Shown piece after piece: positions 55,168 through 64,000 of a stretch of DNA of 64,000 bases (the stretch's first letter is position 1; every line of letters begins with the position of its first letter). The stretch is from a virus. The DNA lies in IMG/VR virus record IMGVR_UViG_3300021963_004854, positions 1 to 64,000 of that record. One strand, 5' to 3'. Below the pieces are notes generated by a model. It was not told the DNA's origin, searched no databases, and was given only the letters and a program-made list of their open reading frames with translations. Made by a program: the position numbers and the translations under genes.

Positions 55168-56847
55168 ATGTCAACTATTATTCAAATTAAGAGAAGTTCG
55201 GGTTCAACTGCCCCATCAACTTCCGATCTATTAGAAGGTGAAATGGCGTATGCAGAAGACGCAGCCAACAATGGTACCGCTGGCGTTCTGTATATCGAAT
55301 CCGTAAACTCTTCTGGTGGTGCTGTTATCGACGCTATCGGTGGTAAGAAATACACCGCCGCTGTTGATGGTGCTACAAACGCAAACACTGTATCAACAAT
55401 CGTAAAGCGCGATTCGTCAGGTAACTTCTCGGCAGGAACAATCACTGCCGATCTTACAGGTGACGTAACTGGTACAGTTTCATCTATTGCCAACCACGAC
55501 ACAGATGCTCTTGACGAAGGTTCAACAAACCTTTACTTCACAGATGCAAGAGCAAGAGGCGCAATCAGCGTTTCTGGCGATCTTTCGTATGACTCAGTAA
55601 CTGGTGTTATCTCATATACAGATGCCGGTGTATCTCTTTCTGGTTTCGACACAGATGATCTCTCTGAGGGAACGAACAACCTTTACTTCACAACTGGTCG
55701 AGTTGAAACTGCCGTAGACAACTATCTCGTTGGCGGAACAGGTATTTCCTACTCAGCCGGACAAATTGATCTCGACAATACGACGGTAACTGCTTCTTCT
55801 TATGGTTCGGCATCGGCTGTTGCAACTTTCACAGTTGACTCTCAGGGTCGTCTGACTGCGGCAAGCGATACTACTATTGATATCACTGCATCGCAAGTTA
55901 ATGACTTTACAACTGCGGCAGAAACTGCTATTGATGGTCACGTTACTGGCGGAACAGGACTTACCTACACCAACGGAACAATCGATCTAGACGATACCAC
56001 AGTAACTGCCGGTTCGTATGGTTCTTCAACTCAAATCCCAACATTCACAGTTGACGCACAAGGTCGTCTGACTGCGGCAAGTTATGAATCAATTTCTACC
56101 GATCTTGATATTGCGGGCGACACTGGCACAGATACAATCTCGCTTGCCTCGGAAACTCTGACTTTCACAGGCGGAACAGGCGTTACAACTTCGGCATCTG
56201 CTGGTGCGGTAACAATCGGCATCGGACAGGATGTTGGAACAAGTGCGGACGTTGATTTTGGTAGCGTTTCGACCGACACAATCAAGGACTCTGGTGGCAC
56301 AACCGCACTTACACTTGACGGTGCAAACGTTACTGTTGCTGGTAACCTAACAGTTTCGGGAACAACAACTACTGTTAACTCGACAACACTTACTGTTACT
56401 GACCCTCTCGTATTCGTAGGTAACGACAACAATGCAACCGACGCGGTTGACCTTGGTCTGTTCGGTATGTATGATACAACAGGTTCGCAAGACCTTTACG
56501 CTGGTCTGTTCCGCGATGCATCTGACGGCAAGTGGAAGCTCTTCAAGGGTCTACAATCAGCGCCAACAACAACTGTTAACACAGCTGGAACAGGTTACTC
56601 TGTTGCTACTCTTGTTGCTAACCTCGAAGGTTCGCTCTCGGGTGGTACAGTTTCCGGTCTATCATCTGCAATCGCAGTAGGTGACGGTGGTACTGGTGTA
56701 ACAACTCTAACTGCTAACGGTGTTCTGTTCGGTGGTGGCACAAGTGCAATCAGCGCAACCGCTGTTGGCACTGCCGGTCAAGTTCTAAAATCAAACGGTT
56801 CAGGCAATGCGCCTTCGTTTGGCAACATCGACGGTGGCACATACTAA
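55168..56847 (+). CDS. Fibre/whisker protein
   Basis: IQIKRS head; TD.L.EG..NLYFT and TVTA.SYGS..TFTVD.QGRLTAAS repeats; C-terminal IDGGTY. Confidence 0.75.
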   Translation: MSTIIQIKRSSGSTAPSTSDLLEGEMAYAEDAANNGTAGVLYIESVNSSGGAVIDAIGGKKYTAAVDGATNANTVSTIVKRDSSGNFSAGTITADLTGDVTGTVSSIANHDTDALDEGSTNLYFTDARARGAISVSGDLSYDSVTGVISYTDAGVSLSGFDTDDLSEGTNNLYFTTGRVETAVDNYLVGGTGISYSAGQIDLDNTTVTASSYGSASAVATFTVDSQGRLTAASDTTIDITASQVNDFTTAAETAIDGHVTGGTGLTYTNGTIDLDDTTVTAGSYGSSTQIPTFTVDAQGRLTAASYESISTDLDIAGDTGTDTISLASETLTFTGGTGVTTSASAGAVTIGIGQDVGTSADVDFGSVSTDTIKDSGGTTALTLDGANVTVAGNLTVSGTTTTVNSTTLTVTDPLVFVGNDNNATDAVDLGLFGMYDTTGSQDLYAGLFRDASDGKWKLFKGLQSAPTTTVNTAGTGYSVATLVANLEGSLSGGTVSGLSSAIAVGDGGTGVTTLTANGVLFGGGTSAISATAVGTAGQVLKSNGSGNAPSFGNIDGGTY

Positions 56848-56856
56848 TAAATTATA

Positions 56857-56885
56857 GGGGAGGGACTATTCCCTCCCCACATTTT
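56857..56885 (+). terminator. Hairpin (weak terminator or RNA stability element)
   Basis: GGGGAGGGA-CTAT-TCCCTCCCC, then ACATTTT. Confidence 0.5.
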
Positions 56886-56896
56886 GGAGATACATA

Positions 56897-57136
56897 ATGG
56901 ATCAAACTAAGTTCATCAATTCGTATATTAATAATTTGGCAGAGCAACTTAAAGCATCGACGCTTGACAACATCATGGTGAAAACCCAGTTGGCAATGGC
57001 AAACGAGACTGTAGCTGAATTGACAGCCAAGATACAGGAATTAGAAGAAGCATTAAAACTTGCATCTACTACTCCTACCTCAAACAAAGCCGCTAAATCT
57101 GACTGGGACGAAGGTACGTTTAAATCAGATGAATAG
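56897..57136 (+). CDS. Small coiled-coil protein
   Basis: GGAG RBS; heptad pattern. Confidence 0.7.
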   Translation: MDQTKFINSYINNLAEQLKASTLDNIMVKTQLAMANETVAELTAKIQELEEALKLASTTPTSNKAAKSDWDEGTFKSDE

Positions 57137-57146
57137 GACTTAGCAT

Positions 57147-57497
57147 ATGTCAACGGTCGTTCAAATTAAAAGAAGTGAAACTACGGGCGCCGAACCAGGT
57201 GCAAGTGATCTCGCAGTAGGCGAACTGGCCGTAAATCTTGAAGATAAGAAAATCTTTTCCAAGAAGACAGACGGCACAATAGTAGCATTAGGTGGCGTAG
57301 AAGTAAATGATGGCGGCGCGGCAACAAGCGTTGCTACCATCTCGTTTGCTGACACCGCGTTTAGTGATTTCGATGTAGATACAACTACCACGCCAGGCAC
57401 TGCGATCATTCGCCTCAACCAGCTAACAGACTTAGATTACGGCTTGATCACAGATGCGGTTGCAGCATACAATTCTGTAGATTACGGGAGCATTTGA
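57147..57497 (+). CDS. Fibre adaptor protein
   Basis: VQIKRS..GELAVN head; two DYG.I tail motifs. Confidence 0.7.
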   Translation: MSTVVQIKRSETTGAEPGASDLAVGELAVNLEDKKIFSKKTDGTIVALGGVEVNDGGAATSVATISFADTAFSDFDVDTTTTPGTAIIRLNQLTDLDYGLITDAVAAYNSVDYGSI

Positions 57498-57498
57498 T

Positions 57499-57702
57499 AT
57501 GGCAGCTAGAGTAAAACTAAGAAGAGGCACAGCTTTACAACATCAAAGTTTTACTGGTGCCGAAGCGGAAATCACAGTAGACACAACGAATTGGTCTGTT
57601 AGAGTTCATGATGGTTCCACTGCTGGAGGCCATGAACTTTTAAAGACTTCATTAGATAACATAGAAGACGGTGCCATTCTAGATGGTGGAACATATAGCT
57701 AA
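57499..57702 (+). CDS. Fibre adaptor, Mtd-N/hyaluronidase-N-like head
   Basis: LRRGT..FTGA..E.TVDT..VHDG.TAGG; C-terminal LDGGTY. Confidence 0.7.
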   Translation: MAARVKLRRGTALQHQSFTGAEAEITVDTTNWSVRVHDGSTAGGHELLKTSLDNIEDGAILDGGTYS

Positions 57703-57726
57703 ATAGAGTGGGATTAGGAGATACAA

Positions 57727-58863
57727 ATGGCAACGATTTTACAACTTCGTAGAGGCACTACAGTCCAACACTCTAGTTTCACTGGTGCAGTTGGTGAAGT
57801 TACTGTAGATACAACTAAAGATACTGTAGTAGTTCATGACGGCACCACTGCGGGTGGCTTTGCTTTAGCTAAAGAATCTGCATTATCTGGATTTATTTCA
57901 TTGACTGCCCTTTCAGGCGGCACCGGTCTAGATTATAATAACACAACTGGCGTATTCGATATTGATAGCACCGTAGCTACAAAAACTTATGTTGATACTG
58001 CGGTTCAAGGCAAAGACAATACGGATGAAATCACAGAAGGCTCAACAAACCTCTACTTCACAAATGCTAGAGCAAGAGGCGCAGTATCGGTAACAGATTC
58101 CGGCGGCGACGGCTCACTTGCATATAATAGCACAACTGGCGTAATTACATATACTGGACCAAGTGCCTCAGACGTTCGCGCCCACTTTAGTGCAGGAACA
58201 GGCATCACTATTACTAATGGTGCGGTCGCAGTAGATTCTACAATTGCCACTAAAACTTATGCAGATAATGCCGCGACAACCGCAGTTGCCAACGTTATTG
58301 ATACTGCACCGGAAGCATTGAACACATTAAACGAACTTGCTGCCGCACTTGGCGATGATGCCAACTTCTCGACCACAATCACTACCAGCATCGGAACTAA
58401 GTTAAATTCTTCTGCGGTTAGTGCATTTGGCTTAACTCTAGTAGATGACGCAGACGCCGCCACCGCACGAACAACACTTGGTCTTGGCACCGCAGCTACA
58501 ACCGCTGCTACTGCTTACGCTACTGCCGCTCAAGGAACTAAAGCGGATGCTGCCTTACCGTCTTCAAGCGTAAGTGTATTTGGTCTATCTCTAATCGATG
58601 ATGCAGATGCCGCAGCCGCAAGAACGACATTAGGACTAGGCACCGCAGCAACTACAGCATCATCGGCATATGCTACCGCGGCACAAGGTGCTACGGCAGA
58701 TGCGGCTCTACCAGCAGCATCGTATACCGCCTCAGATGTTCTAACTAAACTTAAAACAGTTGATGGTGCAGGATCAGGACTTGATGCTGATTTACTAGAT
58801 GGCAATTCAAGCGCATATTTTCGTATTAATATCTATGACTCTGCAGGGACATTATTGAACTAA
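57727..58863 (+). CDS. Fibre protein with Mtd-N-like head
   Basis: LRRGT head, APEALNTLNELAAALGDD, DG.GSGLDADLLDG, C-terminal IYDSAGTLLN. Confidence 0.75.
   Translation: MATILQLRRGTTVQHSSFTGAVGEVTVDTTKDTVVVHDGTTAGGFALAKESALSGFISLTALSGGTGLDYNNTTGVFDIDSTVATKTYVDTAVQGKDNTDEITEGSTNLYFTNARARGAVSVTDSGGDGSLAYNSTTGVITYTGPSASDVRAHFSAGTGITITNGAVAVDSTIATKTYADNAATTAVANVIDTAPEALNTLNELAAALGDDANFSTTITTSIGTKLNSSAVSAFGLTLVDDADAATARTTLGLGTAATTAATAYATAAQGTKADAALPSSSVSVFGLSLIDDADAAAARTTLGLGTAATTASSAYATAAQGATADAALPAASYTASDVLTKLKTVDGAGSGLDADLLDGNSSAYFRINIYDSAGTLLN
58417..58713 (+). repeat. 51-codon tandem duplication in a fibre gene
   Basis: VS.FGL.L.DDADAA.ARTTLGLGTAATTA..AYATAAQG..ADAALP at 58417 and 58570. 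Confidence 0.85.
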
Positions 58864-58864
58864 T

Positions 58865-59107
58865 ATGACAACTGTAGTCCAATTAAAACGAAGTGAAACC
58901 TCTGGTTCTATTCCTAGTGCAAGTGATATTGCAGTAGGAGAACTTGCTGTAAATTTGGCGGACGGCGCACTATATTCAAAAAAGACTGATGGTAGTATCA
59001 TCGAAGTCGGTGGATATAATCCAGATTTTTTCACAGTACCAGAAACCATAGATTTGGGTGATATTGCTGGAGTCAATCCGACAACCTATGATATGGGTTC
59101 GTTATAA
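58865..59107 (+). CDS. Fibre adaptor protein (paralogue of 57147-57497)
   Basis: VQLKRS..GELAVN head; DLGDI and DMGSL tails. Confidence 0.7.
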   Translation: MTTVVQLKRSETSGSIPSASDIAVGELAVNLADGALYSKKTDGSIIEVGGYNPDFFTVPETIDLGDIAGVNPTTYDMGSL

Positions 59108-59129
59108 ATAGTCCTAAAGAGGACACGAT

Positions 59130-60098
59130 ATGACAATTTCATCTAGACAAGGACTAATCGATTACTGTCTCCGTAGACTCGGATTTCCAGTAATCGAAAT
59201 TAACGTTGATGACGATCAAATAGAAGATCGTATCGATGACGCTTTGCAGTATTTTCAAGAGTTCCACTTTGACGGTGTTGAGAGAGTATATCTCCACCAT
59301 CAAGTAAGTGGTGCAACGCTAAGATTTTCTGGTCTTTCTTCGCCCAGCTTTGAAGCAGGTGAAACATTACAGGGCGCAACTTCGGGTGCAACATGTAAAG
59401 TTATCTCTATAACTGGCACTACTCTATCAGTAAGTAAAGTTAGAGGAACATTTCAGGCATCTGAAACAGTCACGGGTGTAACATCGGGCTTTAGTAGAGC
59501 ATTGGCTCCATCGAATCCATATACTGCGGGTGACATTCAGAATGGATATGTTTCCATTCCAGATTCTGTAATTGGTGTTATTAGAGTATTACCAATCAAT
59601 GGTCCTAGCTCTGGTATGAATAATGCAAACAATATGTTTGATGTTGTTTATCAATTCCGTATGAATGATATGTATAATCTTTTGTCCGCGGACATGATTT
59701 ATTATACACAGATGAAGCAATACCTTTCGATGCTAGACATGCTTCTAGTGGGCGATAGGTCGTTTGCATATAATCGTAAGACTGACAAATTAGAAATTCA
59801 TTGCAACTGGGAAGATGTTTTTGATCCTGGTGATTACATTATTGTAGAATGTTATCGTATAGTGGACCCAAACACATATACACAAGTATATAATGACCGC
59901 TTTCTCAAGACTTATGCTACTGCGCTAATCAAAAAGCAATGGGGTGACAACATGAAGAAGTTTGGTGGTATGCAACTACCAGGCGGTATCGTCATGAATG
60001 GTCAACAAGTCTATGATGAAGCAGTAGAAGAAATTAGAATGATTCAACAGGACATGCAATTAAGTTCCGAGTTGCCAGTCGATTTCATGGTGGGCTAA
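59130..60098 (+). CDS. gp13: Neck protein gp13
   Basis: YCLRRLG.PVIEINV, HFDG, LIKKQWG.N..KF....LPGG. Confidence 0.92.
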   Translation: MTISSRQGLIDYCLRRLGFPVIEINVDDDQIEDRIDDALQYFQEFHFDGVERVYLHHQVSGATLRFSGLSSPSFEAGETLQGATSGATCKVISITGTTLSVSKVRGTFQASETVTGVTSGFSRALAPSNPYTAGDIQNGYVSIPDSVIGVIRVLPINGPSSGMNNANNMFDVVYQFRMNDMYNLLSADMIYYTQMKQYLSMLDMLLVGDRSFAYNRKTDKLEIHCNWEDVFDPGDYIIVECYRIVDPNTYTQVYNDRFLKTYATALIKKQWGDNMKKFGGMQLPGGIVMNGQQVYDEAVEEIRMIQQDMQLSSELPVDFMVG

Positions 60099-60102
60099 GA
60101 TT

Positions 60103-60858
60103 ATGCCTACAAACTTCTACTTTCAATCAGGAAATACATCTGGCACAACAAACGAACAACGTTTGTTGGAGGACCTGATTATTGAAAGCATGAAGATTTA
60201 TGGGCATGATGTTTATTATCTACCTAGAACAATTGCAAATGAAGATCCAATTCTAGGTGAAGACCCATTATCGTTCTTTTCTCAGGCATATCCACTGGAG
60301 ATGTATCTAGAAAATACCGAGGGCTTTGAGGGACAGGGCGAATTGTTGACTAAGTTTGGTTTTGAGTTTCGCTCGAATGCCACCTTTGTTGTTGCAAGAC
60401 GCCGCTGGGAAGAATCCGTTGGTAGAAATGCAGAGAATTTACAACTACCAGAGCGCCCGGCAGAAGGTGATTTGTTGTTCTTTCCGAAAACAAAAACATT
60501 CTTTCAAATTGATTATGTAGACTTTCTGAATCCATTCTACCAGCTAGGTAAGATTTATACTTATAGAATGTCTTGCTCTACATTCGAATTCAGTTCTGAA
60601 AATATTGATACTGGTATTTCAGAAATTGATGGTATCACGGATGGTAAGACGCAGGATTCTCTATCGTGGACTCTGCTAATGCAATCTGGTGATCGAGTAT
60701 TGACACAAACCACAGATGCAATAATTCAACAGAAATACGGAACAACGAATATTGACCCTCTAGATGATGCCAATGATTTTGAGTATGAAGCAGAATCCAT
60801 TCTAGACTTCACAGCATTCAATCCATTTGGCGAAGTGCAAGTTAGGACGGCAGCATAA
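60103..60858 (+). CDS. gp14: Neck protein gp14
   Basis: YG.DVYYLPR, LTKFG, RP.EGDL, FYQLGK, NPFG. Confidence 0.92.
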   Translation: MPTNFYFQSGNTSGTTNEQRLLEDLIIESMKIYGHDVYYLPRTIANEDPILGEDPLSFFSQAYPLEMYLENTEGFEGQGELLTKFGFEFRSNATFVVARRRWEESVGRNAENLQLPERPAEGDLLFFPKTKTFFQIDYVDFLNPFYQLGKIYTYRMSCSTFEFSSENIDTGISEIDGITDGKTQDSLSWTLLMQSGDRVLTQTTDAIIQQKYGTTNIDPLDDANDFEYEAESILDFTAFNPFGEVQVRTAA

Positions 60859-61634
60859 TGTTTTTGAAACAACATTTTTATCATCAACATATTAGAAAAG
60901 CTATCGTAGCATTCGGTACTATATTCAATCAATTGACGGTTGAACGTAAAAATTCCGCCGGTGAAGTTGCACAGTCTATTCGAGTGCCACTGTCATATGC
61001 ACCGAAGCAAAAGTTTTTAACTCGCGTTGCGGCAGTTCCTGGTATTGACCCAGCTTCAATGGCAATTACTTTGCCAAGAATTGGTTTTGAGATTACAGGA
61101 CTGCAATATAATCCGGCGAAGAAAATCAATCTACTAACAAAAAATGTTGCGGTTGGTGCGACCGATGATCCTAATAAATTAAGGTCGCAGTTCACTAGCA
61201 CACCATATGATATGAGTATTGCATTATATGTTGCTGCAAAAAATCAAGACGATGGCTTACAAATCTTAGAACAGATTTTGCCTTTCTTCAATCCAGATTT
61301 TTGTGTCACTATCAATGATATTCCAGAGATGGGAATCAAAAGAGACTTACAAATCATTCTTGAAAATATCTCATACGAAGATAATTATGAGAGTGATTTC
61401 ACGCAAAGAACAACTTTAATCTGGAATTTAAATTTTACACTCGGACTAAACTTCTATGGTCCAGTTGAACAGCAATCTATTATTAGAACCGCGATTGCAA
61501 ATACATATGCAGCAATCGACCCTAATAGTTCAACAATAAACTATCAAGTTACAACAAATCCTTCAGATGCTACCGTGGTTGATAATTGGGATTATGTGGA
61601 GCAATTTAATGAAACCTTCGAACAATCAGTATGA
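60858..61634 (+). CDS. gp15: Tail sheath stabiliser / tail terminator gp15
   Basis: FYH..IRK..AFGT.FN, VPL.YAPKQKF, LPR.GFE, EQILPFF.P. Confidence 0.92.
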   Translation: MFLKQHFYHQHIRKAIVAFGTIFNQLTVERKNSAGEVAQSIRVPLSYAPKQKFLTRVAAVPGIDPASMAITLPRIGFEITGLQYNPAKKINLLTKNVAVGATDDPNKLRSQFTSTPYDMSIALYVAAKNQDDGLQILEQILPFFNPDFCVTINDIPEMGIKRDLQIILENISYEDNYESDFTQRTTLIWNLNFTLGLNFYGPVEQQSIIRTAIANTYAAIDPNSSTINYQVTTNPSDATVVDNWDYVEQFNETFEQSV

Positions 61635-62070
61635 TAAATTAGATGCCATTTTTGGCACGCACATGGAGGAAGTTCTTAATAATAAAGAACAACTGCCAGC
61701 TGTGGTAGAAGAACCATTGGTACCAGAGATTGTGTCTACTGGCGATGATATCGAAGATGACTATAACGTGGCTAGAAGTAAGCTGAATACTACTCTAGAG
61801 CAAACGGATCAGGCTTTGCAGGGTATGTTAAATGTTGCCCTTGCTAGTGATAGTCCTCGCGCATATGAAGTTGTGGGTCAGCTACTAAAGATTAAAGGCG
61901 ATGCGGCTAAAGATTTACTAGCTCTCCAAAACGCAAAAAAGAAATTACGCCAAGAAGAGCCAAAGAAACAGAATATTGATACACAAAACAATATCATCTT
62001 TTCCGGTTCTACTTCGGATTTACTCAAAGCATTGAAAGCAGAGAAAGCAAAAGTCATAGATCATGAGTGA
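61609..62070 (+). CDS. gp16: Terminase small subunit gp16
   Basis: DDY..AR, PRAYEV, F.GST.DL; GGAG RBS before ATG 61609. Confidence 0.9.
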   Translation: MKPSNNQYDKLDAIFGTHMEEVLNNKEQLPAVVEEPLVPEIVSTGDDIEDDYNVARSKLNTTLEQTDQALQGMLNVALASDSPRAYEVVGQLLKIKGDAAKDLLALQNAKKKLRQEEPKKQNIDTQNNIIFSGSTSDLLKALKAEKAKVIDHE

Positions 62071-63706
62071 GGAATCCTCGTATCACGGTAATATTAACTT
62101 AAAGCCGCTGGGTCACAAACATAATTTTACTTTAGAGCAACTGGCAGAAATTGAAAAGTGCCAGGAAGATCCAATTTATTTTATTGAGAACTACTGCCAG
62201 ATTGTTACTCTTGACCACGGTCTACAGCTATTCAAGTTGTATGATTGTCAGAAAGAAAAAGTTCTTCACATTCTAAACAATCGTAAAGCTATCCTTATGG
62301 AAGGTCGCCAGCAGGGTAAGACTATTACATCTGCGGCTTGTATTTTGTGGTATACTCTATTTCAAGACAGCAAGACAGTTGCTATTATGGCCAACAAGAC
62401 AGCCGCTGCTAGAGAAGTTATGTCTCGTTATCAGGGCATGTATGAGAACTTGCCACTTTGGATGCAACAAGGCGTGAAGACCTGGAATAAAGGTGACGTA
62501 GAACTAGAAAATGGTTCTAAGATTTTCACCGCTGCTACAACAGCATCTGGTATTCGTGGTAAGTCAGTTAACTGGCTATACATCGACGAAGCCGCAATCA
62601 TTCCAAATACCGTTGCAGAACAGTTCTTCGCTTCTGTTTATCCTACGATTTCGGCTGGTCAAACTACTAAGATTCTATTGACTTCTACTCCGCTTGGCTA
62701 TAATCACTTCTGGAAATTCTGGAACGAAGCAGAGAAGGGTCACAATGGCTTTGTGCCTATGTTCATTCCTTATCATAGAATTCCAGGTAGAGATGACGCA
62801 TGGGCAGAAGAACAACTAAAACTTCTTGGTGAATTGAAATTCAATCAGGAAGTTCTTTGTGAGTTTCTTGGCTCAAGTAATACACTGATTAATGCCAAGA
62901 CATTGGGTGCGATGAGTTCTATTGATCCCATCCACTCGAAAGATGGACTGGATATTTACGAAGAACCAGTCGATGGTCATATCTATGCAATGGGTGTAGA
63001 TACGGCGCGTGGTGTTGGCGGTGACTATTCTGCTTTTACCGTATTAGATGTTACAGAAACCCCATATAGATTGGTGGCCAAGTATCGTGATAATAAGATT
63101 GCGCCTATGTTGTTTCCAAACATCATAGCGAAAGTTGGTAATGACTATAACAAGGCATATATTCTAGTCGAAATCAATGATATTGGCCAACAAGTGGCTG
63201 ATATTCTCCACATGGAACTAGAATATGATAACATTTTAACAACTGTAAAGACGCAATTAAAACAGTATTTGTCACCGGGTTTTGGTACAAAGACACAGCG
63301 TGGCGTTAGAATGACTAAACAAGTTAAACGACAAGGCTGTTTTGCTTTGAAGTCCATACTTGAAGAGAATAAACTACTAGTATTTGATGCCGAGACTATT
63401 TCTGAGTTCTCTACTTTCATTGAAAAGCAGGGAAGTTGGATGGCGGATGAGGGTTATTTTGATGACCTTGTGATGAGTTTAGTTTTGTTTGCTTGGATGA
63501 CAAGCAATCCTTACTTTAAAGATATGACAAATGTGGACATTCGTGAGAAAATGTATAAAGACCAGATGGATAGTATCGAAGATGAGTTGACTCCATTTGG
63601 TGAAATAAATAGTGGATTTCAAGAAGATTATTTTGTGTCGAACGGCGACCTGTGGAAAGTATCACAAGATGATGAAGCGCCTGAACGTAAAAACTGGATG
63701 TTCTAA
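62063..63706 (+). CDS. gp17: Terminase large subunit gp17
   Basis: RQQGKT, YIDEAA, TSTP.G, D.ARG.G.DYS, VEINDIG, DDLVM. Confidence 0.96.
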   Translation: MSEESSYHGNINLKPLGHKHNFTLEQLAEIEKCQEDPIYFIENYCQIVTLDHGLQLFKLYDCQKEKVLHILNNRKAILMEGRQQGKTITSAACILWYTLFQDSKTVAIMANKTAAAREVMSRYQGMYENLPLWMQQGVKTWNKGDVELENGSKIFTAATTASGIRGKSVNWLYIDEAAIIPNTVAEQFFASVYPTISAGQTTKILLTSTPLGYNHFWKFWNEAEKGHNGFVPMFIPYHRIPGRDDAWAEEQLKLLGELKFNQEVLCEFLGSSNTLINAKTLGAMSSIDPIHSKDGLDIYEEPVDGHIYAMGVDTARGVGGDYSAFTVLDVTETPYRLVAKYRDNKIAPMLFPNIIAKVGNDYNKAYILVEINDIGQQVADILHMELEYDNILTTVKTQLKQYLSPGFGTKTQRGVRMTKQVKRQGCFALKSILEENKLLVFDAETISEFSTFIEKQGSWMADEGYFDDLVMSLVLFAWMTSNPYFKDMTNVDIREKMYKDQMDSIEDELTPFGEINSGFQEDYFVSNGDLWKVSQDDEAPERKNWMF

Positions 63707-63784
63707 CTGTAACTTTCACATTTTATAAATAAAAACATAAAAACGACAAGTGAATATTGTCTAGTTTACAACGAGGAGAAGAAT

Positions 63785-64000
63785 ATGGCTTTTCAATTAT
63801 CGCCTGGTGTTCTAGTAACTGAAAAGGATCTAACTAATGTTGTTCCTGCAGTTTCGTCATCGGCAGCCGCATTTTGCGGGGACTTCGCTTGGGGTCCAGT
63901 AAATACAGTTCAACTAGTTACATCTGAAAACGAACTGGTTAAAAAGTTTGGTAAGCCAGGCTTTAGAAACACAGTAGATTGGTTCTCGGCTGCTAACTTC
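63785..64000 (+). CDS. gp18: Tail sheath protein gp18 (5' partial)
   Basis: MAFQLSPGV...E.DLT, F.WGP, FGKP, WFSAANF; GAGGAG RBS and TATAAATA upstream. Confidence 0.92.
   Translation, partial: MAFQLSPGVLVTEKDLTNVVPAVSSSAAAFCGDFAWGPVNTVQLVTSENELVKKFGKPGFRNTVDWFSAANF

Noticed and set aside
57499-58863. Diversity-generating retroelement suggested by Mtd-like N-termini
   Set aside because: No reverse transcriptase and no adenine-specific template/variable repeat pair in the window; similarity is limited to the N-terminal head
3061-61608. Upstream-extended starts in the ORF track (3061, 7948, 10000, 12429, 16277, 24958, 48952, 61567 and others)
   Set aside because: The extensions overlap upstream genes or a terminator; downstream starts have RBSs or stop-start coupling
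62063-63706. Intron or intein in the terminase or other core genes
   Set aside because: ORFs are continuous and of normal length, with no homing endonuclease or splicing motifs
1-64000. Stop-codon reassignment
   Set aside because: Core genes are full length in the standard code, and TAA, TAG and TGA all terminate genes

Overview
This window is part of a T4-like myophage genome in standard genetic code, with T4-type late promoters (TATAAATA). Several signals point to an alphaproteobacterial host. From left to right it holds: a CHASE2 adenylate cyclase; a translationally coupled tailoring-enzyme operon (methyltransferase, four N-terminal-twitch radical SAM enzymes, a small PFIY peptide, an SGNH protein and a carbamoyltransferase); denV, phoH, an exonuclease and a prolyl-hydroxylase-like oxygenase; a circularly permuted two-piece tmRNA; a SleB-type hydrolase and an adenine methyltransferase; gp33, gp59 and gp32; the baseplate and tail block; a Tyr/Ser/Thr-repeat fibre protein followed by five glycosyltransferase-like genes; a set of modular fibre adaptors; and gp13 to gp17 plus the start of gp18. 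The most notable observations are: (1) an apparent -1 programmed frameshift (U UUU UUC, 6-nt spacer, long stem) joining the gp26-like and gp51-like ORFs just upstream of the tape measure gene, like lambda G/GT; (2) a candidate virion glycosylation and glycan-tailoring system split across two clusters linked by paralogous methyltransferases; (3) a phage-encoded permuted tmRNA; (4) a head-motif/tail-motif docking code among the small fibre proteins. All functional calls come from motif recognition by eye; no database searches were run.
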